The translations under genes were made by a program, and so were the position numbers. Source: Craspedostauros australis (lineage: Eukaryota). Taken from it: 36,932 nucleotides of DNA. Below, piece by piece: positions 30,801 to 36,932 of this stretch. Location of the stretch: the NCBI GenBank assembly GCA_030167865.1, contig JALAGF010002840.1, forward strand, positions 1 to 36,932, given 5' to 3'. The notes below the pieces were generated by a model. The model was given only the letters and a program-made list of their open reading frames with translations, was not told the DNA's origin and did no database searches. Numbering within the stretch: position 1 is the first letter of the stretch; every line of letters starts with the position of its first letter.

Positions 30801-33153
30801 TGCGGATGGCGACGACCAAGGACAAGAAGGCATTCGAATCATGAAGACAGATCGAGACAACATCGATATCTCCTCCTGCTTTTACTCAAGCCACGAAGAA
30901 CGACTTTCCATGGTAAGCGTCGACTCTATGCGAATATATTGTTGCTTCGATGAGTCTACTCTACGATGCGCGTGTTTGGGAGACTGTGTTGCTGTCGAAG
31001 AGGCACGAGTATGTGTAGCAGTATGCATGCCGTGCAACAATCTTGAGCGGGAACGAGACGAACACTTCTGCGTCGACGTCACCACCCCAGCACGTTTCAC
31101 CGAGATACTGTTGCACAAGGAATTTGTATGAGACGTGTCATTCTAACTATTGCTTCGTTCGCCATGCCCGCTGCCCATCAACCGAATGCAACCGCCTTAC
31201 CTCCTCCACAACCAGCTGGTGGACATCTTATCTCCAGCGAAACTGCAGAAGAACAAGAAGAACAAGACATCTGCAACACCATCTGGCAACAGTGCCACGG
31301 CGAGCCTGAATGGCGAGATGTCCCTGCCTGGCAGTCTGGCTACTGGCTCGGTGATCGTGTACGTGTGGCGTCAAAAGGACACGGAGGTGGTTGCAGAGTA
31401 CCTGCAAACTGCCGACGTTCAAGGTGGCATCGTGTTTTACCACGGAGGTATGACAAGCACCGCAAGGACCAAATCCCAAAGCCAATTCATGCGTGGAAAG
31501 GCACGGATCTGTGTCGCCACCGTTGCCTTCGGTATGGGTATCGACAAGGCCGACATTGTCGGTGTCATTCACGTCACGTTACCCTCTTCGCCGGAGCATT
31601 ATCTGCAAGAGATAGGAAGAGCGGGACGCAACGGTAAGCCGGCCAAAGCCATCGCGCTGCCCCTGCATGAAGAAGTGGCAGTAAAGCATTCGTTGGCGCA
31701 CACAGATGCCATATGCCGGAGTCAAATCCTATGCGTGCTGCAAGCATTGCGGCGAAGGGTTCACACTGCAGTCATCGATTGCTGCGAGGACGGGGATTTC
31801 ACGAAAGCACCAAGGGCTCTCAACATCAGCATCCCAATCGAAGCGACGGCGATTGCTTGCGATTGTAAATCGGAAACGATCGAGACGATTCTCTCGTTGA
31901 TCGAACAGCACGGGGAGACGATGCTCAATCGCGATACCGTTCTGGACAACAGCCATTCAAGCGTTGACGGCAATGGAGACGACATTCCGTTCCTCCATGT
32001 GGAAGGAGTGACGTCCAATGCTGCAACGATCGCAATGAAGAAACGGAGTCTCGAGGTGCTGTCCAAAACCGAAGATGTGGCGAACATCATCCGTCTCTGC
32101 GGGAAATGCGTCGTGAACCCCATCGGGCAGAAGCAAGCGAATTTGACGCAACACGATGCAGATGGCCAAGGCAGACAACGAGGCAGCGATCGTAGTACGA
32201 GTAGTACCGAGGTTGTTTCTTCAGACTTCGACAAGAGCTTCCTTGCCTACAGCCACGGGGCGTACACATTCTCCATCATTGACTGCGCCAACCGCCTCGG
32301 TCCCAACGCAGAGCCGCGCCATATCTTTGCAGCGCTGCGACGGCTGCAAAATCAAGGTGAATTGGAATTGTCGCTAGACACGAGCGCCAAGGGCCGGGCA
32401 TTCCACTTGAAGCTGACAGCGAGTGGTGTTGAAGCCTTCGATTTCAAGTCCATCGACGACGGTGGCATCGCTCGGAACAGCGCTGGCACTGGCACCGGCA
32501 CAGCCGCCAGTAATGTCAGCCACACGACTGCTGGTGCTGCGCAAGCATGTGGGCCACTAGATACGATGGCGACAACATTGGAGGCTCTCTTCGTCAACTC
32601 CATGCAATCCACGAGCTCCAAGGTGCTCAGCATTCATGGTATCCTGAACGATGTGGCCAAGGTTGATTCTTGCACCTCGACAGCAGCGGCAGCAACAGCA
32701 GCGGCAGAAGCAGTCACAGCATTAGTTACAGGTGCCTGTGACGCACAAACACACAAGTCGGCCAGGTTGCGCAGATTCCAAGAGCTGACGACCGAGTACT
32801 TCTCGGCTGCTGGCTTGCGATGCGATGACCCCGCAGCAGTCAACGACGAGCTGTTCGGCAAGCTTCCCAAACATGAGCTCTTCTCCGACGTCGATCATCT
32901 GCTGCGTGAGCTCCCCGACATGGGCAATCATGCTCGGCAAGTCCAGAACCCGATCGATGCGGGCGTCGTCGTCGGCAGGCCGCATGAAGCAGATTACACC
33001 GTGTTGGCGATGACCAAGATGCTGCATGGAATCGAGACGCCGCGCCTTCCCATGAGGTTCTTCCGTTCCCACCCGCTCTTTGGCAAGTACCGCAACGTCC
33101 AATTCGAGCATGTACGCGGCTCCATCCGAAAGATGATGTCGCAACAGCGGTAG
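27853..33153 (+). CDS. RECQL4: RecQ4-like (RECQL4) ATP-dependent DNA helicase with GRF zinc finger and SAP domain, 2 exons, about 1665 aa
   Basis: Exons 27853-30912 and 31216-33153; intron GTAAGC...ACCAG. Motifs: NDNFVPLNLR, FGHNNFRDGQ (motif 0), APTGFGKSLCY, VSPLLSLIQDQ, ISPER, LDEAHCASQWAHNFRP, ITATA, FYHGGM, VATVAFGMGIDK and YLQEIGRAGRNG. The start ATG is uncertain. Confidence 0.88.
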
Positions 33154-33400
33154 TGCGGATGTGTGTTCTGAAGAGAATTGTGGAAGTCACAGCACATTTT
33201 GCAGGGTATGCATGTCTTCAATGGAGGAGTGCGCTGTATCATTGCGTGAACTGCACGGCAGTCTCTGCTATTAATAAATAGTGCTACAGTTACCCTGCGC
33301 TCTTACACACTCTGACGATTGGGCAGGCTGGTTCATGGATGCGAGGACGGCAGTTCTAGATGCAATTTCCGTAGCAATGCAACAAGTGGAAGCGAGAATG

Positions 33401-36320
33401 TTATCTGTCGTCCTTGGATGAGTCGCTGCTGCTCTTTCGGCTGTCCGCTGTTGTCTCCGAGGTCTGATCTTCGTGCTGACCGTCTTCTTCCTGCACGTGG
33501 ACGTGCCCGCTGGTTTCTTCTTGGGATGGTTTGAAGGTTCTGCTTGCACGTTGACTGGCTTCGTGAAGAGCGGCGCTTTCCTCCGGATCCACATTTGCGA
33601 CCGTTTGGAGGAGACCACCTTCCTGGAATCGAACCGCGGTGTGGCTCATGCGTTTGCTGTTGGAGACGTCATCACCGTGCTGTTGCTGCTTCTTGTTGCT
33701 GTCTTTGGTGTTGTGATCATCGTCGCGGTTGAGGGCAAACGCACGCAGGAGCTTCTGCCGGCGTGTAACCGGATGGGATGCTTCCAGTTCGTCACCGGTG
33801 ACGCTCTTCACATGCTTTGCATCCACAGAAGCGATGGAACTTTGCGAAGCCAGCACCGCGAGGTTGCGTTGCGATGCTGCCGCAGGTGGAGCGACGCCTC
33901 CGCCAACTATCGCAGCACCCGGTACATTCGCACTCGCGTTCACAGCGCCTGCAGCCATGACTGTTCCTGGAGCGGTGTTGCGTTCCAACGTTGACGCGTC
34001 GACGGCGTTGCTGAATGCATCATAGGTGATCTGCAAACAACGGCAGGGGCCGTCGCTGACGAATGCCGTGAAGTCGGGGCTGTAGGATGGGTCGGACAAC
34101 GCAGAGATGGCGAGGAGCGACCACGATGACATGTCGGAGCGGAAGTTTTCAGATCCCACCATCACGGAGACCTTGCCGCCGAGGATCAGGGTGCAGGTTT
34201 GACTCGCAAGTCCCTTCTCGTAGATGAGATCGGTTGGCAGTTGCTGCCCGAGCTCGTGCGTTGCGGTGGGGAGGTTGCACACGGGAGTCGTTGCGATGAG
34301 ACGGAACAGCTGCGTGTCAGTGAGCAGCTCGACGGCGTTGGGGTAGTTGACGCGCAGATGCGCCGTGACGGCCTGCACCTCGTGATGCGAGAGATGCTCG
34401 TCAACGATCTTGCTGTCCAGCATGCGCAGGCGCGCCCATTCGAAGTTCTCCACGCGATCCACTCGGACGCTTTGGTTGCTGTCGACGAAGGCGTCCGTCT
34501 CGTCGACGATGGTGTCGCCAATGATCTTTTCGATGATGTCCTCCAGCGTGATTATGCCCTTCATCTCATAGAACGGGTCCTTTTCATCGTCTTCGTTGTT
34601 GACATCACGCACCAGGGCAAGGTGGGAACGACCGCGCTTGAGCTCGCTGAGGATGTCGCCGAGTTTGTCGTCAGGCCACACCACGTGCACTCCACGGCCG
34701 AAGATTTGGACGAAGCTGCGCAGAGGCGTGGCATCTTCGGGGTCGATGAAGATGAGGTCCTTGACGAAGAGCAGGCCGATGACGTTGTTGGGTGATATTT
34801 CGTACACAGGGATTCTGGAGTAGCCTGTGCGGAAGATGGTTGCGATGGTGTCGAAGCTGAGCTTTTCGTCCACGTTGAGCATGAAGGTTCGTTCCAGTGG
34901 CGTCATTGCTTCCTTGACAGTGATGTTCTGTCGTATTGTGTGTTGGTATGGATAGGTTGCATGACACAGCGTGGCGTAGCATACCATGGTATTGTGTAAG
35001 CGTGTGTGTAAGCGTGTGTGTGAGAGTTTGTGTTAGTATTGGATCCAAGCAAGGCAGCAAGAAAGCAAGCCAATGAGGAACAAACATTCATGCAGATGGA
35101 CATGCATGCATACTGCTCAATCGTCTGACATACCTTGTAGGTGAGGGCACCGGCCATGGCTCCGGCTGTTTCTGGATCGAGGACATTCTCTTGCGCGTGG
35201 ATTTGAAGGAGTTTGAGCATCTCCGTCGCGCTGTACGTGCTGACCAGCTCACGTCCCAAGGACTTGTCGAGACACCAGGCAAGCGGCTTGGCGATGACGT
35301 AGAGCGCGAATCGGATGATCTTGACAAGCGGGACGGTGGCGCTGCCGATGCGCAAAGCGTATCTGGAGCACTGTTGTTGTCATTAATGTTGATGGCATGA
35401 ACGTATGGGTGATTGAGTTGGAGAGGAGGTGAGCAAATCATTTGAATGAGAATTGAGCAAGGCATTGTCGGCGTGTGTCATGTCGTGCACTTGAAGCTGC
35501 GATGTAGAATGATCAAAAGCACACCGTACAACAACAGCAACAACAGCAGCAGCAGCAACAACAACAACAGCCCATGCAAACTCATAGAGTGCTGTATTGT
35601 ATGAGTACCTACCATGGCCTGCGGCAGGATCTCTCCAAAGATGACAATGGCGAACGTGGAGACGAGGAAGCCGGTGATGCCGCCAGCGTACTCCGCGAGC
35701 AGGATGGAGAGCATGGAGTTGACTGCGACGTTGCCGAGCAAGAGGGTGCAGAGCAGGAGGTTGCCGTCCTCTCGGATGGGGTAGATGACCTTGGCGTGCT
35801 GCGCGGCGCGTTCATCGTCGCCTCCCATGACGATCTCCAGGCCCGTCTTGTCCAGACTCATGAGGCCCAAGGTGAGGCCGGAAAAGAGCGCTGACAAGGA
35901 CAGGAGCACAGCGATGAGGATGATCTGCAGCGCGAAGGGAAGGGCGTCGACCCAGCTGCTCTCGCTGCTGCAGATGTCGCTCTCGAAGCTCCTGCAGCAC
36001 TCCAGCTCGCACTTGGGATCCTGCTGCGCCTGGAGTTCCCTCATGAACTCGGGAGCGACGGCTGCCTCATCCTGCTGTCTCAGGTTGTGCTGGGACGCAG
36101 ATGACTTCGCGGTTGCGGCGACTATGGCCGTGAGGAAGAGGACGGAGGCCGTGAGCAGGAGCCTGGGAACGCGGTTGCGGCGCGGCCCCGGGTTGACTTG
36201 CGATGGTTCTCGCAATGGCAATTGTGCTCGCAATGGCAGTACCTTTAATGGCAGGCCATTGCGACCATCGCCGCCGGTGGGAGAGGCTTCACTGACGCAT
36301 GCATCTGGTGGGTCTTTCAT
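33401..36320 (-). CDS. CNNM/DUF21 + CBS-pair + cNMP-like domain metal (Mg2+) transporter, 3 exons, about 823 aa
   Basis: Exons 36320-35613, 35370-35134, 34927-33401 (2472 nt). DUF21: SALFSGLTLGLMSLD, LLCTLLLGNVAVN, FGEILPQAM|CSRYAL. CBS: GYSRIPVY, GLLFVKDL, GRSHLALV, GIITLEDIIE. CNBH: TLILGGKV, YSPDFTA. Confidence 0.93.
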
Positions 36321-36932
36321 TCAAAATGCAACCTTGATTGGTTCTTCTTTGATTCTTGCTATTGCTGTTTCTGTTCCCTCTACTGCTGGCGATGCTGCTG
36401 TCAATGGCAATGGCAATGCTGATGGCAATATCGATACAATTGGGATTGTGTGGATGCTCTAATTGGTGGTCTTCGCTGATGTCAAAGAGAGAGACAGAGA
36501 GAGTGAGAGTGATTGGTTGGGTCGCAATGAGGCCACTCAACTCGTTGCTGGGTCGTGCTGCGTTTGGTCTTGTTTCTCTCGTGAGGTGATGAAAAATAGG
36601 AACAACAACACGGAGAGGCGGGTGCTGCGTTGTCAGTGTGTGGAATTGTGTTTGTGCACTAACGACACACAAAAACCGCGATGATGACGCCGGCGATGAT
36701 GTTCTTTGTCCGCTCTCGCTCGTCGGTGGGAACAATGCGTTTTCTTGGTGATGCGTTCTCCCGTGCTGCGTTCGTTGTCGTTCGTCAGATGTCTGTTCGG
36801 AACTTTTTGTATCGTGTTGGTCGTAGACGCGTGAAACTCCACGCAAAAATATGAGCCCCCCGAGTGAGTCGACCACTCGTTTGAAACGGACCTCCAGAAA
36901 TTTTCTCTCCTACATACTAACCAACCACATAT

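Noticed and set aside
33273..33278. AATAAA between the convergent RecQ4 and CNNM genes
   Set aside because: A single hexamer is too weak to call a polyadenylation signal without 3' end data.
36289..36876. 195-aa minus-strand ORF upstream of CNNM
   Set aside because: Different frame from CNNM; composition matches a CA/CT-rich 5' leader; no motifs.

Overview
Eukaryotic nuclear DNA with GT-AG introns, CA-rich leaders and microsatellites. The gene repertoire (single-PAS bHLH factor, stand-alone COG3899-like ATPase, bipartite plastid-type leader, RxL pro-peptide motif) suggests a diatom or close photosynthetic stramenopile; this is an inference. I can support 12 protein-coding genes. In order: (1) 5'-truncated STAND/AAA-type ATPase; (2) 4-exon bHLH-PAS transcription factor (RITMO1/bHLH1-like); (3) SLC25 mitochondrial carrier; (4) 2-exon 2OG-Fe(II) oxygenase; (5) 6-exon uncharacterised Y-x-F-G-D repeat protein, probably plastid-targeted; (6) delta-12 (FAD2-type) desaturase; (7) a second, cytochrome-b5-less QIEHH-type desaturase in tandem with it; (8) type II membrane DxD glycosyltransferase; (9) ankyrin-BTB protein; (10) PP2C phosphatase; (11) 2-exon RecQ4-like helicase with GRF zinc finger and SAP domain; (12) 3-exon CNNM/DUF21-CBS metal transporter. 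Exon boundaries were read by hand and every spliced model gives a length divisible by 3. I saw no rRNA, tRNA, CRISPR array or recognisable transposon. The most interesting items are the desaturase pair, the FGD-repeat gene whose introns track its repeats, the in-frame stop-free introns, and the regulatory architecture upstream of the bHLH-PAS gene.
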